A DNA stretch of 32,000 nucleotides from Desulfocapsa sulfexigens DSM 10523 (GTDB taxonomy: Bacteria; Desulfobacterota; Desulfobulbia; Desulfobulbales; Desulfocapsaceae). A model generated the notes under the pieces. It saw only the letters and a program-made list of their open reading frames with translations. It ran no database searches and was not told the origin of the DNA. A program made the position numbers and the translations under genes. The first letter of the stretch is position 1; each line of letters starts with the position of its first letter. The stretch is taken from assembly GCF_000341395.1 (NCBI RefSeq), contig NC_020304.1:3780001-3812000 (forward strand). The letters are read 5' to 3'. Positions 18,403 to 27,531 of the stretch are shown piece after piece.

Positions 18403-19329
18403 TTAGAATCCTAGCTCCTTCAGGAAGCGTTCATCTTTAGACCAGTCTTTTCTAACCTTAACCCACAGCTTCAAAAGAACCTTTTGACCGAGCATTTTTT
18501 CAATATCTTTACGAGCTGCAGTTCCGATACTTTTGAGTTTTTTTCCACCTTTGCCTATAACTATACCTTTCTGGGAATTTCTTTCCAGAACAATGGTGGC
18601 ATGGATTGTGGTCATCTTCTTTGTTTCGTCATCCTGAAAGGACTCAATGGTTACAGCAGTTGAATAGGGGATTTCCTGCCCGGTGAGAATAAAAACCTTT
18701 TCTCTTACAATTTCAGCAGCAAGGAAACGTTCACTGGCGTCCGTTGGAACATCCTCTGGGAAATACCTGGGACCAAGGGGCAGAAGTTTCAGCAATTCCT
18801 CTACGACGACCTCCGTTCCCTCGCCAGTTAAAGCAGAAAGAGGCAAGACACCATGGAAAGGGAAAAGTTCAGAGTATCTTTTCATCATCGGAAGAAGTCG
18901 TTCTTTTTCCAACAAATCAACTTTATTCAATACCAGAATTACTGGGGCAGCAACACCTTCCATCTGCTCCATCATCTCTTTATTTTTTTCCTGCTCAACC
19001 TTTTCAGGAAGTGGCAAAGAGACATCAATCATATAAACAATAACATCAACCTCATTCAGACTTTCCATGGCAATTCGTACCATTTCCCGATTCAGAGGCT
19101 GTCGTGCCTTATGAAGGCCAGGAGTATCAAGTAAAACAATCTGATATTTATCATCGTTTACCACGCCAAGGATACGATTCCTCGTCGTCTGAGGCTTATG
19201 ACTGACGATAGATATCTTCTGGCCAAGCAGATAATTCATCAGGGTTGACTTGCCAGCATTGGGTGGGCCAACAATTGCAACCATTCCAGATCGAATGGGT
19301 TCACTCAAAAAATCATTAATATCTATCAA
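18403..19329 (-). CDS. era: GTPase Era
   Basis: GPPNAGKSTLMNYLLGQKISIVSHKPQTTRNRI, DTPGLH, LNKVDLL, KH-domain GKGGKKLKSIGTAARKDIEKML. Confidence 0.95.
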   Translation of the reverse strand: MIDINDFLSEPIRSGMVAIVGPPNAGKSTLMNYLLGQKISIVSHKPQTTRNRILGVVNDDKYQIVLLDTPGLHKARQPLNREMVRIAMESLNEVDVIVYMIDVSLPLPEKVEQEKNKEMMEQMEGVAAPVILVLNKVDLLEKERLLPMMKRYSELFPFHGVLPLSALTGEGTEVVVEELLKLLPLGPRYFPEDVPTDASERFLAAEIVREKVFILTGQEIPYSTAVTIESFQDDETKKMTTIHATIVLERNSQKGIVIGKGGKKLKSIGTAARKDIEKMLGQKVLLKLWVKVRKDWSKDERFLKELGF

Positions 19330-19491
19330 TTTCCTATTCCTCGGCTATGGGGAAAATATTTATTTTTTAAAGTGCTCAAAACACAAAATCGCACTATAGT
19401 AACAAGGTTATGCTTTAATTAAAGTAACTATATTAATCTTAGCAAAAAACATCTTCTTTTTTTCACCACTTGAACGAAAAGGCGACAACGC

Positions 19492-21498
19492 GTGGCAACA
19501 ACAGGAAAACTCATAGAATATCTAGATGGAGGTAAGTTTTTCTGTGCCTATGTCATTGATGCTCAAGCTAAACGCCTAAGACTCATAAACCAGAATGGCA
19601 GAGAAATGAACCTACCTGCCTCCCGTATAGTTCACTGTTCAAAGAAAAATCACACAATTGAACTTCCCCGAGAAGAATTAACCAGACAGCTCCAGGAAAC
19701 AGCCACGCTCCGGACACAACTCATGGAGAAGATCAATCTTGAGGAAATATGGGAACTTATTTCTGAAGAGCCCTCGGATACATTTTCGCCGGATTTTCTT
19801 GCTGAACTGAGTTTTGGTCAGGACGCTGATGACGATATTGTTTCTGCCTTTCTACGCACAATATTTATTGACAGGTTATATTTTAAATATAAAGAAGGCA
19901 AGGTCGTTGCCCATAGTCCAGAGCAAACAGAGCAACTGCTAAGGCAGCGTGACAAAGAGGAAAAACTTCAAACTCTTATCAGCATGGGTGCAGATTTTCT
20001 CCAACAGGTTCATAACAGTTCCCGGAAAAATCTCGTTATCGATGAAAATGGCAAAGAATGTTTTGCAATCATCCGTGATTTCTATCTTTCGGGCGCTGAA
20101 TCCAAACATGCCGATATTGCCAGGAAAATCCTCAAAGCTGCCGGTTTCAACAGACCACACGACCCCTTTCATCTTCTGGTGAAAGCCGGAATCTGGGACG
20201 CCAACGAAAACATCCCTCTGCTTCGCAATGATCTACCGGTGGTATTTCCATTGCTTGGTATCCAGCAGGCTGAAATGCTGCTCCAGCAGGGAGTCGACAA
20301 ACTTTTCCAGGATCCGGCACGAAAGGATTTCACCGACCTGAAACCCATCACCATAGATGGTTCCACCACACTGGATTTTGACGATGCCCTCACTGTTGAG
20401 GCACAGGATAATGGCAACGTCCTGGTTGGGGTGCACATCTCGGATGTTGCCCATTATGTACGCCCCGAAGATCCTCTCTTCCTGGAAGCAATGCAGCGCG
20501 GAACATCCATTTATTTCCCGGAGGGTCAGATTCCCATGCTTCCCCGCCATCTTTCCCAGGGAATTTGTAGTTTGATTCAAGGAGAGTTTCGGGCAGCAAT
20601 GAGTTTTATGATCCTTCTCTCCGATGAAGCTGAAGTCCTCAGGATTCGGATCTACCCATCTATTATAAAAGTGGCAAGGCGCCTTACCTACGACGAAGCT
20701 GACACCATGATCAAAACCGATCCTGAGCTTGCCATACTCAACGACCTTCGCATTAAGTTGCGAAACAGGCGCCTCGATGCAGGGGCCCTGCTTCTCCCCT
20801 TTCCCGATGTGAATATTCATGTCCATGATGGCTCAAAAGTTCAGGTCAGCCTTGCCGACACTGACACTCCATCACGAACACTGGTATCTGAGATGATGAT
20901 TCTTGCCAACACCCAGGCGGCCAGATATGTCGCCGACAGGATGGCGCCCGGATTATTCAGAGCTCAGAAACCACCACGAAGACGGGTTGTTTCAGGATTG
21001 GACAACGACCTTTTTCTCAATTCAATGCAACGAAAGATGTTGTCACGTGGCGAACTGCTGATCAATGCTCAGCCCCATAGCGGCCTGGGAGTCACTCAGT
21101 ACACGACGATCACCTCCCCGATACGCAGACTTCTTGATCTGGTAATGCAGCACCAGCTCCACTCTTTGATACGACGTCAAGACATCCGCTTTACCGAGGA
21201 AATGTGCAAGGACTTCACCTCAGTCATTGGCCGAACGCTCGCCCGTGCCAATAGTGTACGGCAACAACGTCACCGCTACTGGTTACTGAAATACCTTGAG
21301 ACAAAAAGAGAGCATCCCCTTACAGCCCTGACCCTTGAATCCGGGCCCAAACGAACATCCCTTCTACTCACGGATATTCTTCTGAACTTTGACATGCCAA
21401 CTCCTGCCATCAATCGGCCCGAGCCTGGTCAACGGGTGCAGGTGAAAGTGCTTCGGGTTGACGCACTGGACAATACCCTCAACTTTGAATGGTGTTAG
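19492..21498 (+). CDS. Ribonuclease II/R-family exoribonuclease
   Basis: ITIDGSTTLDFDDALTVE, VGVHISDVAHYV, GTSIYFPEGQIPMLP, YTTITSPIRRLLDLVMQHQL, C-terminal S1-like region. Confidence 0.88.
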   Translation: MATTGKLIEYLDGGKFFCAYVIDAQAKRLRLINQNGREMNLPASRIVHCSKKNHTIELPREELTRQLQETATLRTQLMEKINLEEIWELISEEPSDTFSPDFLAELSFGQDADDDIVSAFLRTIFIDRLYFKYKEGKVVAHSPEQTEQLLRQRDKEEKLQTLISMGADFLQQVHNSSRKNLVIDENGKECFAIIRDFYLSGAESKHADIARKILKAAGFNRPHDPFHLLVKAGIWDANENIPLLRNDLPVVFPLLGIQQAEMLLQQGVDKLFQDPARKDFTDLKPITIDGSTTLDFDDALTVEAQDNGNVLVGVHISDVAHYVRPEDPLFLEAMQRGTSIYFPEGQIPMLPRHLSQGICSLIQGEFRAAMSFMILLSDEAEVLRIRIYPSIIKVARRLTYDEADTMIKTDPELAILNDLRIKLRNRRLDAGALLLPFPDVNIHVHDGSKVQVSLADTDTPSRTLVSEMMILANTQAARYVADRMAPGLFRAQKPPRRRVVSGLDNDLFLNSMQRKMLSRGELLINAQPHSGLGVTQYTTITSPIRRLLDLVMQHQLHSLIRRQDIRFTEEMCKDFTSVIGRTLARANSVRQQRHRYWLLKYLETKREHPLTALTLESGPKRTSLLLTDILLNFDMPTPAINRPEPGQRVQVKVLRVDALDNTLNFEWC

Positions 21499-21510
21499 AA
21501 TCAAAACCAC

Positions 21511-21708
21511 ATGATAGACACGAATAAGCTCTGGGAAATCCTTGGTGACATCGGAGAAGATGACATCCCCCATGTATTGACAAAACTGTTCACTATTTAC
21601 GAGGAAATACTGGAACGCAACCCGGAAGATGCGGCTGCAAAGACATTTTTCAAACATCTTTCCCAGGCATTCACCCAGGTAGATGGCTGTAATTTAAACC
21701 GTCGCTAA
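21511..21708 (+). CDS. Small acidic hypothetical protein (65 aa) downstream of the RNase
   Basis: ATG at 21511, 12 nt after the RNase stop; MIDTNKLWEILGDIGEDDIPHVLTKLFTIYEEILERNPEDAAAKTFFKHL...; low-complexity-free, helix-like composition. Confidence 0.5.
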   Translation: MIDTNKLWEILGDIGEDDIPHVLTKLFTIYEEILERNPEDAAAKTFFKHLSQAFTQVDGCNLNRR

Positions 21709-21713
21709 AGAAA

Positions 21714-22259
21714 TCAAATATAACATTCCGCCGTACTGAGACTCCCTCCATTTTTATCCTTTTCAGAAAGAAGAGGATCTCCATCCAGAGGCCAGTCAAT
21801 CCCGATATCCGGATCATTCCAGGCAATACAGCGCTCATGTTCCGGAGCATAAAAATCAGTGGTCCGATACAGAAACTCAGCAACCTCGGAAAGTACAAGG
21901 AAACCGTGCCCAAAGCCTTCCGGAACCCATAGACTCTTCTTATTTTCGGCACTTAAATGTTCCCCTACCCATTGGCCAAATGTTGGAGAACTCTGCCGCA
22001 AATCAACTGCCACATCAAAAACCTCCCCGATAACAACTCGAACCAGTTTCCCCTGTGGCTGCTGTATCTGGTAATGAATACCGCGAAGCACATTTTTAGA
22101 AGATCGGGAATGATTGTCCTGGACAAACCGTGTCTGTATTCCGGTCAGTTCCTGCCATTTCCGTTCATTATAACTCTCGTAAAAAAAACCTCTGTCATCC
22201 CCAAAAACAGTCGGTTCCACCAGAAGTACATCGGGGATTGCAGTTGCAGTAATCTTCAT
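21714..22259 (-). CDS. rfbC: dTDP-4-dehydrorhamnose 3,5-epimerase
   Basis: EPTVFGDDRGFFYESYN, FVQDNHSRSSKNVLRGIHYQ, PQGKLVRVVIGEVFDVAVDLR, WVPEGFGHGFLVLS. Confidence 0.95.
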   Translation of the reverse strand: MKITATAIPDVLLVEPTVFGDDRGFFYESYNERKWQELTGIQTRFVQDNHSRSSKNVLRGIHYQIQQPQGKLVRVVIGEVFDVAVDLRQSSPTFGQWVGEHLSAENKKSLWVPEGFGHGFLVLSEVAEFLYRTTDFYAPEHERCIAWNDPDIGIDWPLDGDPLLSEKDKNGGSLSTAECYI

Positions 22260-22262
22260 AAA

Positions 22263-23333
22263 TTAACCATACATCTTTTCATAATATTTCTGATAGGAAC
22301 CATCAATCACGGAACTCACCCATTCCTGATTGTCAAGATACCAGTCCACGGTCTTCTCAACCCCCTCTTCAAAAGTAACCCTGGGTTCCCAACCTAACTG
22401 CTCCTTGATAAAAGAAGCATCGATGGCATAACGCCTGTCATGACCAGGCCTGTCCTTCACGAATGTAATCAGATTGCGACGCGGTTGCCCGGATTCCGGA
22501 AGTCCAATTTTCTTATCAAGAGTATCACAGATAAGTGTTACCACTTCAAGGTTCTGTTTTTCATTATTGCCACCTATATTATAGGATTGACCGTTCTTTC
22601 CCTTAACCAACACTTCCACTATTGCCTCACAATGGTCTTTCACATAGAGCCAGTCACGGACGTACTTCCCATCACCATATATGGGCAATGTTTTTCCAGT
22701 CATTGAATTGTGGAATACGAGGGGAATCAATTTTTCAGGGAATTGATAGGGGCCGTAGTTATTTGAACAGTTCGTTATCACTACCGGGAGGCCATAGGTG
22801 TGAAAATAGGCATTAACCAGATGATCCGATGAGGCCTTAGATGCTGAATAGGGAGAGCGCGGATCAAAGGGTGTGGCTTCGGTAAACATACCACTATCGC
22901 CAAGAGAACCATACACCTCATCGGTACTCACATGAAGAAAGCGAGGAGCATTAGCCTCCCACTTGCCTTCAAGCCATGTTTTTCGTGCGGCTTCAAGAAG
23001 AGAAAAAGTACCGACAATATTGGTCTGAATAAAGTCAGCAGGGCCTGTAATTGATCTATCCACATGGGATTCCGCTGCAAAATGCACCACACTATCAATC
23101 TGCTCTTCTGCAAACAACTCTTCCATGGCTTGCACATCACAGATATCAGCTTTAACAAATCGATACTGGTCACCTTCCTCTATACCTTTCAGGTTTTCAA
23201 GATTTCCTGCATAGGTAAGCTTATCCAGATTAACAACACGCCATTCTGGATAATACTCTAAAATGAGACGAACAAAATTTGCTCCGATAAATCCGCAACC
23301 ACCAGTAACCAGAATTCTTCGACTTGTTTCCAT
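22263..23333 (-). CDS. rfbB: dTDP-glucose 4,6-dehydratase
   Basis: RRILVTGGCGFIGANFVR, NLDKLTYAGNLENL, HFAAESHVDRSI, HVSTDEVYG, YSASKASSDHLV, GRPGHDRRYAID. Confidence 0.95.
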   Translation of the reverse strand: METSRRILVTGGCGFIGANFVRLILEYYPEWRVVNLDKLTYAGNLENLKGIEEGDQYRFVKADICDVQAMEELFAEEQIDSVVHFAAESHVDRSITGPADFIQTNIVGTFSLLEAARKTWLEGKWEANAPRFLHVSTDEVYGSLGDSGMFTEATPFDPRSPYSASKASSDHLVNAYFHTYGLPVVITNCSNNYGPYQFPEKLIPLVFHNSMTGKTLPIYGDGKYVRDWLYVKDHCEAIVEVLVKGKNGQSYNIGGNNEKQNLEVVTLICDTLDKKIGLPESGQPRRNLITFVKDRPGHDRRYAIDASFIKEQLGWEPRVTFEEGVEKTVDWYLDNQEWVSSVIDGSYQKYYEKMYG

Positions 23334-23483
23334 ACTTCACTCGTTTTTAGTTTTCTTTCCTGACAAAAACGCCTATGCTTCTCCCTTTGTACCGGAAGAC
23401 GGATAGACTAATAAGCAAACACCTTCAGTATTCCGCCAGTTTTTTATACTACAAAACCATATAATTCCAACCAGATTCTTCCA

Positions 23484-25073
23484 ATGAGCAAACAGCAGGA
23501 ACAGGAAATAGCAAAAAGGCGCACCTTTGGCATTATCAGCCATCCGGATGCGGGAAAAACTACCCTCACAGAAAAACTCCTTCTCTATGGTGGTGCCATC
23601 AACATGGCGGGCGCTGTGAAATCCAGAAAAGCTGACCGTCATGCCACCAGCGACTGGATGGCCATTGAACAGGAACGAGGCATCTCCGTTACCACATCGG
23701 TGATGAAATTCACCTATGGCAACTACGAAGTAAATCTCCTTGACACCCCGGGCCACCAGGATTTCTCGGAAGATACCTATCGGGTTCTCACCGCAGTTGA
23801 TTCTGCAATCATGGTAATTGATTCAGCCAAGGGCGTTGAAGCCCAGACGGAAAAGTTAATGGAGGTTTGCCGAATGCGCAACACACCCCTTATCACTTTT
23901 ATCAACAAACTCGACAGAGAAGGAATGGAGCCTCTCGATATTCTGGCAGACATCGAAAATAAACTTCAGATTGAGTGTACGCCTATGTCCTGGCCCATTG
24001 GTATGGGCAAGACATTCAAAGGAGTATATAATATATACAAAAAACAGATCCATCTTTTTACTGCCGGCCAGGGAAACAGAGACCAGAATGGTATCACCAT
24101 AGAATCACTGGATGATCCACGGCTTGACGAAATAATCGGCAGCCACGATGCTCAAAATCTCCGTGATGATATTGAACTTCTTGAAGGTGCTGCTAATCCG
24201 TTTGAATACGACCATTATCTGAGTGCCAGCCAGACCCCTGTTTTTTTTGGCTCTGCGGTTAACAACTTCGGCGTTCAGGAACTCCTCAATGCCTTTGTTG
24301 AGATGGCACCGCCCCCCAATGTACGGGCGGCTGCAAGCAGAGATGTATCACCCTTTGAAGAGGATTTTTCCGGCTTTGTTTTTAAGATCCAGGCAAATAT
24401 GGATCCTGCCCACCGTGACCGTATCGCATTTTTCAGAATCTGCTCCGGGAAATTTGTCCGGGGAATGAAGGTCAAGCATCATCGACTTGGCAAAGACATC
24501 ACCCTTTCCAACGCGACTATATTTATGGCACAGGACAGGGCCAATGTGGAAGAGGCGTGGCCTGGAGATATCATCGGACTCCACAATCACGGAACAATCA
24601 AGATCGGCGACACATTTACCCAGAAAGAACTCCTGAAATTTACCGGTATCCCGAACTTTGCTCCGGAGCATTTCCGCCGCATTATTCTCAAGAACCCGCT
24701 GAAGATGAAACAGCTTCAGAAGGGACTGCAACAGCTTGCCGAAGAGGGTGCCATCCAGGTTTTCCGCCCCCAGATAGGTGCCTCATATATCATGGGTGCA
24801 GTGGGTGTTCTTCAGTTTGAGGTTACTGTTGCCAGGCTGAAGAATGAGTATGGCGTGGAGGCGCTCTACGAACCCATTGACTTCCAGGCTGCCCGCTGGG
24901 TTGAATGTGCAGACAAGAAAAAACTGGCTGAATTTGAACAGAAGAACCAGGGAGCCCTAGCCACAGATGCGGAAGGATTCCTCACCTATCTGGCACAAAA
25001 CGAATGGATGCTCAACTTCTTTATGGAAAAATGGCCCGAAGTGAAATTCCATAAGACCAGGGAAAATGTGTAA
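23484..25073 (+). CDS. prfC: Peptide chain release factor 3
   Basis: [82 protein letters not shown]. Confidence 0.96.
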   Translation: MSKQQEQEIAKRRTFGIISHPDAGKTTLTEKLLLYGGAINMAGAVKSRKADRHATSDWMAIEQERGISVTTSVMKFTYGNYEVNLLDTPGHQDFSEDTYRVLTAVDSAIMVIDSAKGVEAQTEKLMEVCRMRNTPLITFINKLDREGMEPLDILADIENKLQIECTPMSWPIGMGKTFKGVYNIYKKQIHLFTAGQGNRDQNGITIESLDDPRLDEIIGSHDAQNLRDDIELLEGAANPFEYDHYLSASQTPVFFGSAVNNFGVQELLNAFVEMAPPPNVRAAASRDVSPFEEDFSGFVFKIQANMDPAHRDRIAFFRICSGKFVRGMKVKHHRLGKDITLSNATIFMAQDRANVEEAWPGDIIGLHNHGTIKIGDTFTQKELLKFTGIPNFAPEHFRRIILKNPLKMKQLQKGLQQLAEEGAIQVFRPQIGASYIMGAVGVLQFEVTVARLKNEYGVEALYEPIDFQAARWVECADKKKLAEFEQKNQGALATDAEGFLTYLAQNEWMLNFFMEKWPEVKFHKTRENV

Positions 25074-25100
25074 CATCGCGCTACGCAGGTAACGGCTCCA

Positions 25101-25147
25101 GGTTTGCGGTCAAAAGGCCAGAAAATCGATCCTTTTTTCCGCAAACC
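25101..25147. terminator. Nested inverted repeat between convergent prfC and the DUF134 gene; candidate bidirectional terminator
   Basis: Outer arms GGTTTGCGG (25101-25109)/CCGCAAACC (25139-25147), inner arms AAAAGG (25112-25117)/CCTTTT (25131-25136). Confidence 0.5.
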
Positions 25148-25164
25148 CCATAATACCAATCGTG

Positions 25165-25458
25165 TTATTGGCCCTCGTCCTCATCAACGAAAATCAACGC
25201 CCTGCCCTCGGAAATTGCTTCAGCCGTCTTTCTCCTCGCGATGGTGATGATACGCTGGATAGTCCCACGAGACACACCCATCTTTATACCGGCTTCTTCC
25301 TGAGTCAGCCCCTCCCGATCACACAGTCGCAAAGCTTCCATTTCATCCCGGAAAAGTTCAATCTTATCGAGCTTTGACAACGGTGTTCCCGTGGGCTTAA
25401 AAGCACGGCCGCAAAAATTTCCTTCGCATTTTCTCAGTTTCTTTGGTCTTGGTGACAT
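25165..25458 (-). CDS. DUF134 (UPF0251) family HTH protein
   Basis: MSPRPKKLRKCEGNFCGRAFKPTGTPLSKLDKIELFRDEMEALRLCDREGLTQEEAGIKMGVSRGTIQRIITIARRKTAEAISEGRALIF: canonical DUF134 layout with HTH. Confidence 0.9.
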   Translation of the reverse strand: MSPRPKKLRKCEGNFCGRAFKPTGTPLSKLDKIELFRDEMEALRLCDREGLTQEEAGIKMGVSRGTIQRIITIARRKTAEAISEGRALIFVDEDEGQ

Positions 25459-25500
25459 ATCGTCTCTGTGGTGAGGCGGGAAAAAACCCTAAATAAAATG

Positions 25501-25541
25501 AAAAAAAAGGAAACAGCAGAAGCTATTTCTGCTGTTTCCTT
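25501..25541 (-). terminator. Strong Rho-independent terminator (minus strand) after the DiNase-type gene
   Basis: GGAAACAGCAGAA (25509-25521), loop GCTAT, TTCTGCTGTTTCC (25527-25539): 13-bp perfect stem, followed on the minus strand by an uninterrupted U8 tract (A8 at 25501-25508 on plus). Confidence 0.85.
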
Positions 25542-25589
25542 GCAAGAGTATATGTTCCTTATACTCCATCATCCATGAAAAACAAGCCC

Positions 25590-25979
25590 TTAGTGATGAC
25601 AGGCACTTCCGCCGCCACAGGCCTGATCAGCGTTCATCTTGGGAAGTTGTCCTGCGGAGAATTTCTCCATAACGGCAGCCGCATCTGGAATGGAATTACG
25701 ATCTGCCCAGTATACATCAATCCCGACTTCAGCAAATCCCTGCATGGGCCTGGCGCCAATTCCACCCACAACGATCGCCTGCACACCTGCATCTCTCAGG
25801 AAATTAACAGGAACCATACAGCCACCCGCGCCATGATCCGGCACGGGTAGCATTTCCACTGAAGTAATTTTTTTATTATCATCCACTTCCACCAGGGTAA
25901 AGACATCACAATGTCCAAAATGGTCGGAACGGGAGGCTTCCATACCTCCTGGATTATTCGTTGGTATTGCTATACGCAT
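25590..25979 (-). CDS. Dinitrogenase iron-molybdenum cofactor biosynthesis-type protein (NifX/NifB C-terminal/COG1433-like)
   Basis: MRIAIPTNNPGGMEASRSDHFGHCDVFTLVEVDDNKKI..., VVGGIGARPMQGFAEVGIDVYWA, C-terminal ACGGGSACHH. RBS AAGGAG upstream of ATG at 25979. Confidence 0.87.
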   Translation of the reverse strand: MRIAIPTNNPGGMEASRSDHFGHCDVFTLVEVDDNKKITSVEMLPVPDHGAGGCMVPVNFLRDAGVQAIVVGGIGARPMQGFAEVGIDVYWADRNSIPDAAAVMEKFSAGQLPKMNADQACGGGSACHH

Positions 25980-26091
25980 AATGCGTTCTCCTTCAATCAC
26001 CGGTATTTCCGGCTCAAATATTAATAAGAGTCTATACAAAACACCAATCGCTACTAAGGCGATTTTACCTACTACTCAACACCTGCTCAGT

Positions 26092-27084
26092 CTACTCTTC
26101 TTCCTTTCCTGCCGGGCCAAATATCTTTGGAACCAGTTTGATATACCATGCTGCTGATTGAATCTGTATAACATACGCCAGTGATATCAGAAGAGCAATG
26201 GTCATCCCCTGCTCCTTGAATGCAGTCATGGCAATTGCCAGAGCAATTGACAAATCTCTCATAACCACACCAAAAACCATGGCAATCGCATCACCTCTTT
26301 TGAAAAAGAATTTTCCAATAAGTGACAGTAAAATATAAGAAATAAGATAAAAGATAATCAGTGGAATAAGAATAGTCAGTATATCGCCTGGATTAGCTAA
26401 TATATTTTTTGCCTTCAATGCCATTGCTGTGAAGGCAATCATGGAAACACCCAGGGCAGAAAAGGGTGGAAACATCGGCTTGTAAGTCTCCATCCAGGCC
26501 TTCTTCCCGTGTTTTCTAACCAGATAATTCTGGGTAAGCAGACCGGCAATCATGGGAACAAAGACAAAGATACAGATCTGCTGGAACATATGCAGCATAT
26601 CCACATCCACCGTAGCACCCATAAAAATTTTCGTATACACCGGGGCAGCTAGAGAGCCGATAATAAGACCAAACACCAGCATCTTAGTGGCTGCTTCCTT
26701 GTTTCCTTTAGCAAAACCCGTCCACGAAATTGTCATTCCTGAGGCCGGAAGCACTCCTATAAGAAACAGTCCCACAGCCCATAAGCCAAATTTCTCATCG
26801 GCACCTGCAAAAAAGATTTTTCCTATGACAAACACAATGATAGGGACAAAGATAAAATTGATTATCTGAGTCACCACCTGCAATTTTAAATCCCCACCCT
26901 TAAATATGGTTTTTGTGTTCAGAGTAGCCATCATAGGGTAGATCATGATGAAAGTAATCGGGATAATAAACTGCTTGAGAGGTTTAGCATCAAAAAGATA
27001 CCCGCCGCCGATAACTCCAAGTATCATGGCAACCGGGATCACGTAGACAAGGTTCTTCTGTAATAATTTCAGCATTTTCATCAT
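26092..27084 (-). CDS. ACR3/bile-acid:sodium-symporter (BASS) superfamily permease
   Basis: About ten hydrophobic segments; FLIGVLPASGMTISWTGFAKGNKEAA aligns by eye with the ACR3 TM4 motif; AMVFGVVMRDLSIALAIAMTAF. Confidence 0.82.
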   Translation of the reverse strand: MMKMLKLLQKNLVYVIPVAMILGVIGGGYLFDAKPLKQFIIPITFIMIYPMMATLNTKTIFKGGDLKLQVVTQIINFIFVPIIVFVIGKIFFAGADEKFGLWAVGLFLIGVLPASGMTISWTGFAKGNKEAATKMLVFGLIIGSLAAPVYTKIFMGATVDVDMLHMFQQICIFVFVPMIAGLLTQNYLVRKHGKKAWMETYKPMFPPFSALGVSMIAFTAMALKAKNILANPGDILTILIPLIIFYLISYILLSLIGKFFFKRGDAIAMVFGVVMRDLSIALAIAMTAFKEQGMTIALLISLAYVIQIQSAAWYIKLVPKIFGPAGKEEE

Positions 27085-27114
27085 TTCATTTTCTCCAGAG
27101 AAAAGGTTACCTTC

Positions 27115-27531
27115 CTATTTAACCTCATCAATCATGGAACGAATTTTGACGAAAGTCTGTCCTACAGATTCGGAGAATTTTGGATCGTCAAGTACAAAGG
27201 CAGCAATATCATCTGCAGAATAACTTAAGTAACGCACCTGAGTCTTTCCATCTTTCGAAAAAACCATTACGAATTTAGGCATAAATATCGCTCGCTCAGG
27301 ATTCATAGTGAGACTGCCGTCAGCCTTTGTTGGCTTGCAAACCTGCATCATATGGAGATCAAATTCATCGGGTACCGTTCCCCCATGCGCCCGAAATGTT
27401 TCTTTCATGTTCATGGTATCGTAATTATTGACAACAAAATCATTTTTTTTAACTACCTCGGCGAAATCTGCCACAAACTGAGCCACACTTTTCTCACTTT
27501 CCACACAATACAGATCTTCATTACGGTTCAT
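27115..27531 (-). CDS. DUF302 domain protein, cytoplasmic
   Basis: SVAQFVADFAEVVKKNDFVV..., DLHMMQVCKPTKADGSLTMNPERAIFMPKFVMVFSKDGKTQVRYLS fits the DUF302 pattern; AAAGGAGG RBS directly upstream. Confidence 0.72.
   Translation of the reverse strand: MNRNEDLYCVESEKSVAQFVADFAEVVKKNDFVVNNYDTMNMKETFRAHGGTVPDEFDLHMMQVCKPTKADGSLTMNPERAIFMPKFVMVFSKDGKTQVRYLSYSADDIAAFVLDDPKFSESVGQTFVKIRSMIDEVK

Noticed and set aside
23422-23450. Promoter for prfC
   Set aside because: TATACT at 23445-23450 is a fair -10, but the -35 position (CCTTCA) is too weak to call.
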